From Eledone cirrhosa (taxonomy: Eukaryota), in NCBI GenBank assembly GCA_964016885.1, contig OZ024740.1, positions 65,596,001-65,660,000 on the forward strand: 64,000 bases of DNA, written 5' to 3'. Position 1 is the first letter of the stretch. Every line of letters begins with the position of its first letter. Below, in pieces: positions 14,106-26,008 of the stretch. The position numbers and the translations under genes are program-made. Under the pieces are notes generated by a model, which searched no databases, had not been told where the DNA came from, and worked only from the letters and a program-made list of their open reading frames with translations.

Positions 14106-15026
14106 AGAGAGAAAGAGAAAGTTGGTCATTTCATCAGTGTTTCTACCGGTTTTATGGAGCGCGGTTTAAAAGGGATACATGAAGCGTACGTAATAACCAT
14201 ATCTCAATGAATGTCTATATCACGGTTTTCATTGTTTAAAGTAATTGGATAGTGTGCTTGCCTTAAGATTCAATCTCGTATAAGCTGACAAATTATATAT
14301 ATATTGTGTATTTGGTATTTTACAAAACAATTCATGTAGTAAAATTTCAAGAAAACCAACTATGTTGGCATCACATTAAGAGAGAATGATAGCAACATTT
14401 CAGACTAGTTAATCCTCCATAGATTTTCCCCCTCCATTTTCGATACATTGAAACCTTCTCTTCACCGAAAATGGTTTAGACCCAATCAGAAATGCATTCA
14501 ACAGGTTTTTAGTTTAAATAAGTAAATGCAATATTTGATCCTCAAGAACACCATCACTAGATTGGATTCATTTCCCATATATATCTATATCATAATGATT
14601 TGAATGAAAAGATAGTTGTCTATAAGAAAGTCATATGTCATAATTAACTCTTGTTGTTGCAACTAAATTAAAACACTGCTATATATTTATGCTACGGCTT
14701 TTACGACATTTTCCGACACAATGATTATTTTGTGAGTAAGTATGCTCTTTTATTAAGCTTCACAAACGTATCCACCGATATTGGATCACGTCCAACATCC
14801 TGTTCCATCCTACTACGCATACATATTATATGTTTTGTTTTTGTATATATTCACCGAATTAATCTAACACATATAGAAAATACAACGTGGAGGACAATGT
14901 GAACTAATTTAGGTCACGATAACTTCTAACCAGCATTGCAGACTCGTAGCATTGAAATTTATTCACAATATGGAAATGTTTCATATATTTGTACATAAAC
15001 TCACCTAAAGTGCTAGTATATGTTAC

Positions 15027-15247
15027 ACGCGGTGGCTTGGCAGAATCAGTAGAGCGCCAGACCCCGTGATTTGCAGCATAGAGGTATGGCCCTTTATGTT
15101 CTGAGTTCAAATCCCACCGAGGTTAACCTAGCCTTTCATCACTATGCGGTCGATAAAATGAAGCACCAGTAACGGACTGGGGTCGGTTTAATAGACTTTT
15201 CCTTCCTCTATTATTGCTGCTATTGTGCCTATGGTAGAAATCATTAT
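15027..15247 (+). mobile_element. tRNA-derived SINE
   Basis: TGGCAGAATCAGT (A-box), GAGTTCAAATCC (B-box) and GCCTTTCATC..GTCGATAAAATG. Confidence 0.85.
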
Positions 15248-15441
15248 GTTATATAACACCTTATTACCGGGATGCTGACAACCTTCTCCACTTTGATTAA
15301 ATAATTCTTGGTTTTAGGTTAGTCACTGCTGAATGATGCAAGTTATTCAACAATTGTGTTTCGCACAGGTATTACTGCTATATATTTTTAAACAATGCCC
15401 TGTAGCGTCAAGGAGTGAACTTCACTAAGGTGTATTCATAC

Positions 15442-15473
15442 GTGTGTGTGGGTGGGTGGGTGTGGGTGTGTGC

Positions 15474-15542
<69 letters not shown>

Positions 15543-15565
15543 CGTCCGTGCGTGTGTATGTGTGT
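15442..15565. repeat. (GT)n microsatellite
   Basis: Seen directly in the sequence. Confidence 0.95.
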
Positions 15566-17854
15566 TAGTGTTTGTGATTAAGTTTGTTACATGTTTGAAT
15601 ATACCTATGTATTTATCTGGAATATCTTAGGTGCAGTTTATGTACAATTATTTTGCTTAATCGTCATATTGATTGATCACCAACTCACACACAATGGAAT
15701 TTAACAAATACCAAAATGTTTTCAACTTATTGATATAATCGTTATTTCAACATAAACAAAAACCCATCAATTTTTATAGCACATTTATCTTCACATGCGA
15801 TTTTCAAATTTCGTTGTAAACCGTTATAATCATATCAAAATTATCCTCAAATTTCCCTTTCAAATTATGGCACTCTGAAATAAATTTTGAAATCTCGTTG
15901 AGGTAAGTTAAGCTTTCAACCTTTTGTGGTCCATAGAATACACATCAACTACTGAGTGTGACATAATCGACTGTTTCCTTAGTTCAAATTTCTGATCCTG
16001 TGCGCCGGTAAGAAACGATAAATTGGATAACTGCATACATTCCTACATCCTCCTAGAATGTGAAGGATATTACATAGGCTCTGAAATATTGACAGAGAGG
16101 TAGGATCTCCACTCTGACAAATTTGGGAGGGTCTTTGCATCCCAATGCCTAAAAACGAAATATTGTATGGGAGAGATATAAAGTATGGGTAGTGAGAGTG
16201 AGAGATAAATTGATATAACCAAAGAGAATGCTGAATTGGTACTTTGTATCGATCTCGAAAAGATTAATTACCAAGTTTACCATGACAGAATGTGAACTTG
16301 GATCCCAGAGAGACGAAGAACTGCTGCAAGACACACTCTGCGAGGTTTTAACGTCTTTGCCATTACTTCACTTTCAAAGTAATCAATTGAAACAAATGTA
16401 CACTTATTAATATAAAAGTCTGATCGGATGTATTTAAATACTTTGTAAATATATGTAATATATTATTGCTGAAAAGTGAAATAAATGATTTTATGTTGAT
16501 GCAAATATTCCCTGTACACCGGCGGAGGAGGCCTGTACGGATTAACATATAAATCCAGTGTATATTTTAGTATAAATAAGTTTACTGAGAAAATATGTTG
16601 CTGTCACAATCTAAAATGAGATTGAATAATAGAATTTCTTACTGCAGTTTAGGAGAAGCATATTAATTCTATTATTATATCGTAATATAAGTTATATTGT
16701 TATATTAGTTACATTGTGCAAGATTCGATTCCATTATGGCAAATGCATATGTTGATTTAGGGAGAATGTTTACGGGTGAAAACAATCATTTGTCCCGGTT
16801 TTCATTATGTATCTGTTATTGACAGCTGCTTGTAGGCGGCAAGTACAAAACTATGTTGTTTTAACAGATATTAAAAAGAAATAAAAGGTTCTACAACAAT
16901 ATACCTCAAAAATAAACCGGTGGATTCACGATTTTATGCTGAAATTGCTCATCAAAGAAAACATTCCTATATATTGATTATTATTTTGTGAGAGAATAAA
17001 ATCTATATGTTCGATTATAAAATAAATAGAGCTGAAACTTTAAATCTTATCATTTTTAAGAATCAATACACATGCTGACATTTACAAGGTCTCTTTCTTT
17101 ATCTAACTAAGGTTTGTACGAACAAATGATATCAGTTATAAATATCGGTGACTTGTTTGAATTAATCAATAGTTTTCGGGCATATTCGATAGAAGATCCT
17201 ATTCGCAACCATTATAGCGTTCATAGGAAACATTATACTTCTACGTGATATTACAATGTTCGCATCTACCATACGTTTCAAAGCTTTATACTGATCCTGT
17301 CAAGCGATTCTGTGTAAAACTAAATATTAAAGTGTTCATTTAAAACAAAGTATTTCTGTATTAAACGTATTTATAAATGTCTAGCTTGAAATAGTCGTAT
17401 ATATATTAAAACAGAGTTAAAAGGAACACTATTTATTCAATATCTGAATAATTGTATTAGCGATTGTACTATTGTCATATTGCTTGACTAGAATGTTAGC
17501 CTCCTATCTGGTGTTAAATAAATCAATTTCCATTCGTTCGACCTACAATGCATTATTTTACAGCTACATGTTGTTTTTATAGAGAAAAATATGTTCTGAA
17601 ATATAAGCAGGAGATATATCATTGCAAAATATCTATCTATCGATCTCCGGATGGTATAGACGTGCTTCACATCGGCTCCTCGATTATTGAATATATTACG
17701 TGTTAACAGTAAGTGTTTGTCTGTATTCGTGCGTTATTGTATTAATTAACCCCCTTGCCTGTGTCTTCGGACATTAGGGTTAATTTATTTCACACCCCTT
17801 TGGGGTGAAATTTTTCATCCTAAAAATCTTGTGATTGTTTCTACGCTCGTGGTA

Positions 17855-19805
17855 ATGGAAGACATTACCGCAGGCAACGATGACACGCCCACTAAACAAA
17901 CTGAAGGAGAGTGGGTAGCGGAGGCAACAGGCCTCCCTACTGAAAGAATAATGAGTATTAGAAACATTGAAAAAATGGAGCCTAACCCTAATGAAAAAAA
18001 TGTGAAAAAAATTGACTCGGAAAAATTGCCAACATTAATGGATGCCGTTTCGACTTTTCACGGCGCCACGCCCACCAGCAAAGTTAAAAGAGAAGTAGTA
18101 GCTGTGACTACAAGTCTCAAGGATACTGAAAATATAAGTGAACATTTTGAAAAAAAATGGAGTCTAACCCCAACGGAAAAAAAATGTGAGCCCATACACC
18201 AATATAAATAACACAAACACAACAAAATATGATAATGGTAACAACAAAAACACAAGGAAACAACCACATGTCGACAAATGTAAACACAGAGGGGGCCAAC
18301 AAAATGACGTCCGCTCAAACTACCAAAAAACCACTGTGTATGAACCTATTGACATTTCAAATATGGCCCAGCAAATGGAAAATGCACGGAAGTATATAAC
18401 TTTGGAGGAGAATGGTATATTTTCTTTAAATTCTCCCCCAGATCTAAAAAAAGGAAAATATCTTAAAAACTATTATTTATAGGACAATATCCAACAACAC
18501 CCGTAAGCCATTACAACTCACACAGACAGAGATTGAACTGGCTTTAAAAGATCATCTGAAAAACATTGTATTCATTGGGAAGGATAGACTCTACTGTCGT
18601 CTATCCATCCGAATGAAAGATAAATTGACGGCCGAATAACATTCCCTGGACCCAATTGTGTCCCCCTTATTTACCTTCTTCCGCACTTATTTGGGAAGAA
18701 GAACACAAAGATTGACCATACACAGTATCGATCCAGATATTGATTTCTGGGCGGTACTGTGTGGCCTCTTCGACTTGAAAGAGGATGCAGTAATTTCGGT
18801 AGGTAAGTCTTCCAGCAACGTGTTCGATGGAACTAGCCTGCAAGTTCTGGTGCAAATGCAGCCAGAACGAATTGCTAGGATCCCCGACCGCATATTGCTG
18901 GATGGGCTTGCCTACTTACACATCACAGTGGAGGGTAGACGACCCGCTTGTTACCTCTGTGGTGCAGAGGTCACCTGAGGGCTGCCACTTCCCATGCAAA
19001 CAAAAAAAAAACACCGATTCTGCCCTCACCAACAATTACAACACTACCAACACAACCTCCACCACTACCACCACAAAAACAACTAACATCACAAGTTAAA
19101 ACAAAACTGAAAACAATCCCCCCATCCCCCACACAGAAAACAAATACAATAACACCCACACCACAAACACGAGCCGAAAATTAACCCCTCCCCTCGAATA
19201 CGGAAGATGACCCCCTTTCGTCGTCAGGCGAGGGGAGGGGGGGGGGCACTTTCATAAAGTTAAAAGAAAAAAAAGAAAACACACCACAGGAACACAAATA
19301 CAAACAACCCCTTCCCCAATACATGACACAGACATTAATACAAAAAAACACACAACAACAGCAAACAAAAAACATCACTCAAAAAGAAAAATATGCATCC
19401 ACGTACATAAATACAATAAACAAAAAACTGTTAGACGTTATTTATAATAACAACTTAATAAAAACCGAAGGTTCGAATTTCGCACAAGCAACGGGGCTTC
19501 CCCATCTAAAAATGATAAAAGCCCCAATGGAAGTTTACAAAACGTTAAAAGACACTTTTAAAGAGGACGTAGGGCCCCCCTGCGTCAGACCCATTAACCG
19601 TGTCGTCCTAACCCCCCCCCCCCCCCCTACTCCCACACCACTCCAAACACCCCAACCCCACCACAGACTGATACCGCTACACTTCCACAAACCACCACCC
19701 CACCAACAACCCATCCCCCATCCCCCATGGAAATTGTGCGGGCCGGTCCCCGGGACGCACAGAGGTAAGTGCATTTTCTCATTACCACCAACATGGCTGT
19801 GTTGA
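17855..19805 (+). pseudogene. Tx1-like ORF1 (gag-like), frameshifted
   Basis: FFRTYLGRRT..ITVEGRRPACYLCGAE(GH) zinc knuckle at ~18945, followed by a P/T-rich linker. Homologous to the 24-26 kb ORF1. Confidence 0.8.
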
Positions 19806-22800
19806 GAGTAGGTTGTCTAAATGCGCGTGGCCTGGGCTCACCTTGGAAGCAAGCAATGCTTCTAAATGACCTCAGGTCACGATGTATAAATGTGATGGTT
19901 ATTTGCGTTGCCCGGATCAGCAGCGTGCGACAGCTGGCCCCCACCTTTGATGACTTTGAGATGCACGCATCTCTCTGTCAGCCCGGAGGTGGGGGTGGGG
20001 TTGTCGTTCTGCTGCAAAAACATCTGGCTCTCGCTACACAGTCGGTACACTTGGACCTGGAGGGTCGACTAGTGGTTCTGGACCTTGGCAGTGGTGAAGG
20101 CGGAGCTTTTAGACTGGTCGCCATCTACGGCCCTTTTGGGTCAACGCGGCCTGACTTCCTCCATCGTGTGGAGACTTTTCTAGGGACGTCCCGCTCCTTG
20201 CTTTTAGTGGGGGACTGGATTGGTATCCTAGATGCTCGTTGGGACTATGTAGAGGCATGTCCTGATAGAGGGGGTTGTAACAGCCTCAAGTGTTTAATCG
20301 GCCGATTCGACCAGGCCGATAGATACCGACTAGATTTTCCGACTGTACCAACCTGGACTTGGAGAAACCATAGCGGTCAATCAAGATCGTACCTAGATAG
20401 GTTCTTAGTTAGAAATAAGGATAGGGACTTTTTAAGTTGTCCAAAAATGCTCATGTTTGGCTATTCAGACCACAAGTTAGTGACCTCCATGGTCAACCTT
20501 GATAGAACGCATAGACAGGGACCCGGTTACTGGGTGCTCAACTTGTCCTTACCGGCAAGTAAAGCTTAAAGGAACTGGATTAGTACAATAGTTAAGGAGC
20601 GGTTGACGGGCACCATCGTCAACAGCAGGTGGTGGGGCTCTCTCAAAAGAGAGATTAGAGTAGCTTCAATAGGAGTTAGTAAGGAGTTAGCCTCAGATAG
20701 AAATAGGAAGGAAAGTGAGTTGGTAGATAGTGTAGAAGAGACAATTAGAAGCGGCGACGGAGCCAGAGTGCTAGCGTCGATAACGGTATTGGGCCAGTTC
20801 TTCGACGCGAAACACGAAGGCTGCGTTGTCCGAAACAAAATACGTGCTCTGAGAAACGAGGGGACCAAAGCTGTTAGCTGGGCCCGCGTGACAGAAGCCA
20901 AAAGTGGGATTATATCCACTATCCGGTCTTTGCGAGACCAGGATGGACGGGTGATCCTTGAACCTAAGCAGATGTGCGAGGCCTTTCAAAGGCACTTTAC
21001 CCGATTGTTCGGAAGGGACGAGGGGACGGATGGCGATGTGGACCTCGGTCCATACCTCGATGTCCTGCTGATTCTTTCGGACGAGGAGGCGAAGTCCTGC
21101 GAGACGCCGATCTCAGCTGCTGAAATAGGGGACGTGCCGAGCCAATGCGGCAGACGCAAATCTCCGGCCTCGATGGTCTTCTATTTAAGTATGTCGGACT
21201 TGTTCTTCGATCTCCTCGAAGCGGTCTACTGCAACTGGCAACAGAACGGCATAATTCCCTGTTTTTTTACCAAGGGCGTAGTCTCGCTAGTGAGGCAGGA
21301 CGATAACAAGGGGTATGAAATAAGTAATTTTAGGCCCATAAAACTGCTAAATGCAGAGTTAGAAGATTTTAGCGAAGGTGTTAGCAAAGAGGTTGGCGCT
21401 TATCGTGGGCAACCTGGTGGGAGATGCGCAGACATGCGCCATCCCGTCCAGGTCCATGCACGACAACCTCCATCTCATGCGATATATCATAGAGAGGGTT
21501 GGGAACGAACCCAGCTTTGGTGGGGCCCTGATCAACTTGGATCAATCTAAGGCGTTCGATAGGGTCGACCATCGTTGCCTGGATGCGGTGCTAGTGGCGG
21601 AAGGTTTCGGACCCGTTTTCAGGGGCTGGATCACTGCCATGCACAGCAGCCGCATCTGCTCTAGGGTCAAGGTGAACGGCTAACTCTCGTAGCCGTTCGA
21701 AATCACGCGGTCCATCCGACAGGGATGCCCTCTCTACTCCCTTCTGTATGTATTGGCCTTAGAGCCACTGCTGCGGAAGTTGGAGTTGTTACAGGGCATC
21801 CCTTTGCAACCGAGATTGCGGAAAGCGGTGTCGGCCTACGCCGATGACGTGACAGTAATGGTGTCAACCGCCTCGGAAATTGGAGTGATCGCCACCTTAC
21901 TGGAGGAGTACGAAACGTTTACAGGGGCTACGCTGATCCTGGACAAGTCAGTCGGTTTGCAACTCGGCGAGTAGAGGGGCAAACCGATGGCCTCCAACGG
22001 CGTCGTCGGACGTTGGACGGAGGGCCCGGTGAAGTTGCTCGGGGTCTGATTCGGGCCAGACCTCCAGGTGGAGAACAACTGGCGTGAGGTATCGAACAGG
22101 GTGTTTGCGCTAACGCGGAAGTGAACTGAGTGGAAACTATCCCTGAAAGGTCAGGCGGAGGTGGCGAACGCTTATATAGCGTCCGTCATCTATTACCGCC
22201 TGACCGTCGTGCCTTGCCCAAGGGAAACGTTCACCAAAATGGAGCGCGCACTCTTCCAATTCCTTTGGAAGAAGCGGGCTCTTTTGGTGAGGAGATCCAT
22301 CTGCTGCCAACACCCTTCGAGAGGCGGGCTGGTGATGCCCTGGCTGTTGATGCGTAAACGTGCATTAAGGCTACGGCACCTCCAGGTATTACTCACCGGT
22401 CAACAGGTGTGAGCCCCGTTTGTGAGGCGAGCCTTTCCGAGACTCGTCTCGCTCACCGAGCTGCAGTCCTGTGTCAAGCAAAGACCGAGAAAACTGGGCG
22501 CCTGGCACACCAAGTGTGCCCAGGCGCCCACGGCTCTCTGACAGGTGGACCCGGCTATCGGTGGAGACTCCACCTCGTCATTCTATAGTGGGCTTTTTGG
22601 TTAGTAGGTGCGACGACGCCCTCGGACAAGCCCTAGGCATGGAGGAAGGCGAACTGCCAGCCTATTCGGGAGGACATTTGGCCCGGGACCTATGGACAAC
22701 TTCCAGAGGTCCCTAGCCTGGAAGTGCTACCGAGGGGCGCTGCCCGTTCGAGAAAAGCTCTACAGACACCGGCGCCCGGGTAGGGACCACTCAAAAAAAT

Positions 22801-23316
22801 CTGTCCCATATGCGTACGTGACGAGGAAAGCATTGCGCACGCATTGTACATTGCTCGGGCGTTGCTGATATTTGGGTCTATGTCGAACGACTTCTGTCAC
22901 GGATGGGACCAATCCAGTTGACCACTGAGTCCATTGTAACGATCAAGCCGCACCCCCCTTCAAACATGAAGGAGAGGCGGTCTTCCTCTGTGTAATAGCC
23001 ATGATGAATGAGGTGTTATGGTGGACACGTTGGAAAGGGCTGAGGTCGGACACCTTTCTCTCCAGCCAACAACTGGTCCTTTTCTTTAGATACCATTTTA
23101 AGAGAAGGATCAGAATGGAGAGAGAGGTGCTCTACCCCAGCCAGTTTTATGAAAGGTGGGTGAAATAGCGAGAATGGTCCGTGTGAATGGGCCTTCTCTC
23201 TTTATCAGCCTGCAGGTAGAAAGGTGGAAGTGAAAAGGAGCACCCCCTCTCTGTGCTCCCAAGGAAAAGGGTTGCACACTTTTTTTGTAACCTCAAAAAC
23301 GCCACCTCCCTATTGA
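19793..23316 (+). pseudogene. Tx1-like ORF2: APE endonuclease plus reverse transcriptase, disrupted
   Basis: MAVLRVGCLNARGL, LVGDW, SYLDRF, SDHK, NFRPIKLLN, LDQSKAFDRVDH, RQGCPL and SAYADDVT (21831-21851), with multiple stops and frameshifts. The frame ends PPPY*. Confidence 0.93.
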
Positions 23317-23507
23317 GGACTGTATTGTTAATTATATATTTGTTATTTGTTTTTTACTCGTTCCTTTATGTAAACTCCCCCCTTGCATTTGTCCCCTTCT
23401 TTTGTGCCCTCGTGGCAAATAAATAGAAACTTATCTTTCTATCAATCTATCTATCTATTTATCTATCTATCTAGCTATCTATCTATCAATATATCTATCT
23501 CTATATC

Positions 23508-23845
23508 GGGCGTTACTGACCTGTGGGGCTATGTAGAACGACTATTGACGCGGGTGGGACCAATCCAGTTGACCACCGAGTCCATTGTCATGATCAAACC
23601 GCCACCCTCCTTCAAAAACGAGGGAGAGCAGGTTTTCCTGTTTTATGGCCATGGTGAAAGAGGTTATATGGTGGACGAGGTTAATAGGGCTGAGGTCAGA
23701 CACATTTCTCTCCAGCTAACAACTGATACGTTTTTTCAAATATCATTTTGGAAGAAGAATCAGGATGGAGAGAGAGGTGCTGTACCCCAGCAAATTTTAT
23801 AAAAGGTGGGTGAATGTGGCAAAGATGGCCCGATTGTTTGGGCCT

Positions 23846-23846
<1 letters not shown>
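23508..23846 (+). mobile_element. 5'-truncated Tx1-like 3' fragment
   Basis: GVTDLWGYVERLLTRVGPIQLTTESIVMIKPPPSFKNEGE matches the ORF2 C-termini of both neighbours. (TATC)n lies on both sides. Confidence 0.88.
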
Positions 23847-23876
<30 letters not shown>

Positions 23877-24109
23877 GACGCGTGGAACATCACCGGTAAT
23901 CTTTTTTGTTAATTTCTATACAAAAAACCGAAATAATTGTTTGAAAAACATAACATTTTGTAGATTAATACCCAAGCTGAATTGTCAGCTGGGTGGTAAT
24001 CCCATTTTTTGCTCCTATAGGGGCGAACATTTTATTTGAAAAATTATTTTGAAATATCAGATTTTACAAACTAAATAACTTGAGCAACACAAGAACGCTG
24101 GAGAACGTC

Positions 24110-26008
24110 AATAGAGAAAAGAGAGAGAAAGAGGCAGATATTAACGTTATATCTGCTTCTGTTACAATGGACGTCGCCATAGATACGACTGTCAACAAAG
24201 AGGAACAAATATTACCACTTGAAGAGTTTAAAATTTCTACCGTCAAAGCGGAGTAAAAGAACAATAACACACAGGAAAACAGGAATTAAACCCATTAACA
24301 TACATACACATGAAAATGATATCAACAACTCTATAGATACATCTACACATAATGTTTCACTTCGACAAGGAACTGAGATTTCCATCACTGAGGCTAACAA
24401 CGATAACAACAACAACAGCAACACCACACAAAAAAAGAAAATGTCTTTTGCTGAAACAGTGAACAAAAAACAAGATTTTATAAATCTTGATATCTCCAAC
24501 GCAAGAGATATGCTCCAACAAAGGAGAAAATGTGTAACTTTCGAAGAAAGAGGTGGGTTTAGAATTAACTCACCCCTTGAAATAAAGGAAGACACAATTC
24601 GCAGATCAGTCACCTTTAGGACTGTGTTAAATTCCACAAGAAAGCCGACATTTGTTAGCCAAGCAGATATAGAAGCTACTTTCAAGGAAATTCTAGCAAA
24701 TGTCGATTTTCTCCAGCGAGGAAAACAGTACGGAAGTGTTTCCGTACTGTTTAAAAGCGAGGCACTCACCCAAAACATTCTGACACCAAAGGTGTCAAAA
24801 GCATACACCTTTTTCCCTACATACATGGGAAAAAGGACACGAAAAATAAAAATAAAAAACATACCCCCAAACATTAACATCTGGTGGATCTTGGCTGGCT
24901 TCGTAGAGCCAGAAACTGATATGATTCTTTCGATACGAAAATCTATTCGACAAAGGTGGGGGGGGGGACAGCTTTGGAGATTCTGTTGCAAATGAAACCG
25001 GAGAGAATCTCCAAAATGCCCGAAAGAGTTGTCATCGATAATAACAACAAAATAAACATTTCGGTAGAAGGACGAACATTTCATTGCTTTCGCTGTGGTA
25101 ACACAGCACACCTAAAAGCCCCTTGTCCCCAAACACACAACAACAACATCAATAAAAAAACACTATTACCAACACCAACACCAAAATAACCACCACCACC
25201 ACAAGTACAACGACAGACCAAACGAGCAACCACACCAAAACAAACAGACACTCAACCAACAACAGAAAAAACAGATACAACACCCCTGAAGAACACAGCT
25301 CCACTCCATCCCACTCCATCAAACACTACCACAAACACACACCGAAACACCACCACCACACAACATACCCCTACCCCACACACCTGACGATGATTATTCA
25401 TCGACGGATGAAGCTGCTTCTCCTTCTTTAAATGAAGATGAGGGAGAACCGCTGAAATCTAAAAAAAAAAAAAAAGACACCACGAAACCCCCCAAACTCC
25501 AAGCACCAACACCAACACACAACCACAGACACAAACAATAACACAAACAACACCACAGTCAAACATCCCCCTATCAGCAAAACCAGCACCAACACCACCC
25601 CAAACACAAGCACCCACCATAAAAAGAAAACTCCCGGACGAACAACAAACTAAAACAACACAACAAAGACACAAACAACAATACGCATACATCAACACAA
25701 ACAACAAGAGTTTGATGGAGGTCATCTCCCAAAACCCCAAGGTGGAGACGGAGGGCAAAACTTTCGTCAAGACAGAATCATCTCCACACCTTAAACTTAT
25801 AAGGGTTTCTATGGAAACCTATAACGACCTAACAAATAAATGTTCACAGGACGTGGGCAACCCCTGCCACAAACCCATCAGCAGCGTCCTGTTAAAGTGT
25901 TTCCCCACCCCACCCAAATGGAGATTGAACAACGCGATCTCCATGAAACGAGAAGGTAAGTGCATCATTCGTCCTTTTTCTCCAACTTTTCTTCACCAAC
26001 ATGGCTAG
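24110..26008 (+). pseudogene. Tx1-like ORF1, frameshifted
   Basis: CCHC zinc knuckle CFRCGNTAHLKAPC at ~25085, and homology to the first element's ORF1. Confidence 0.8.

Larger units (their letters stand above)
17642..23432 (+). mobile_element. Near full-length Tx1/L1-group non-LTR retrotransposon (decayed)
   Basis: 5' UTR, ORF1 with a zinc knuckle, ORF2 with APE, RT and C-terminal regions, then AATAAA. (TATC)n lies at both ends (17630-17641 and 23433-23506). Confidence 0.93.

Noticed and set aside
16228-16410. Short ORF as a candidate host exon (also 39995-40186 and 41615-42034)
   Set aside because: No recognisable domain and no coherent splice-site chain.
24212-25111. 299-aa minus-strand ORF
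   Set aside because: It is the antisense shadow of the A-rich Tx1 ORF1, with no independent motif.
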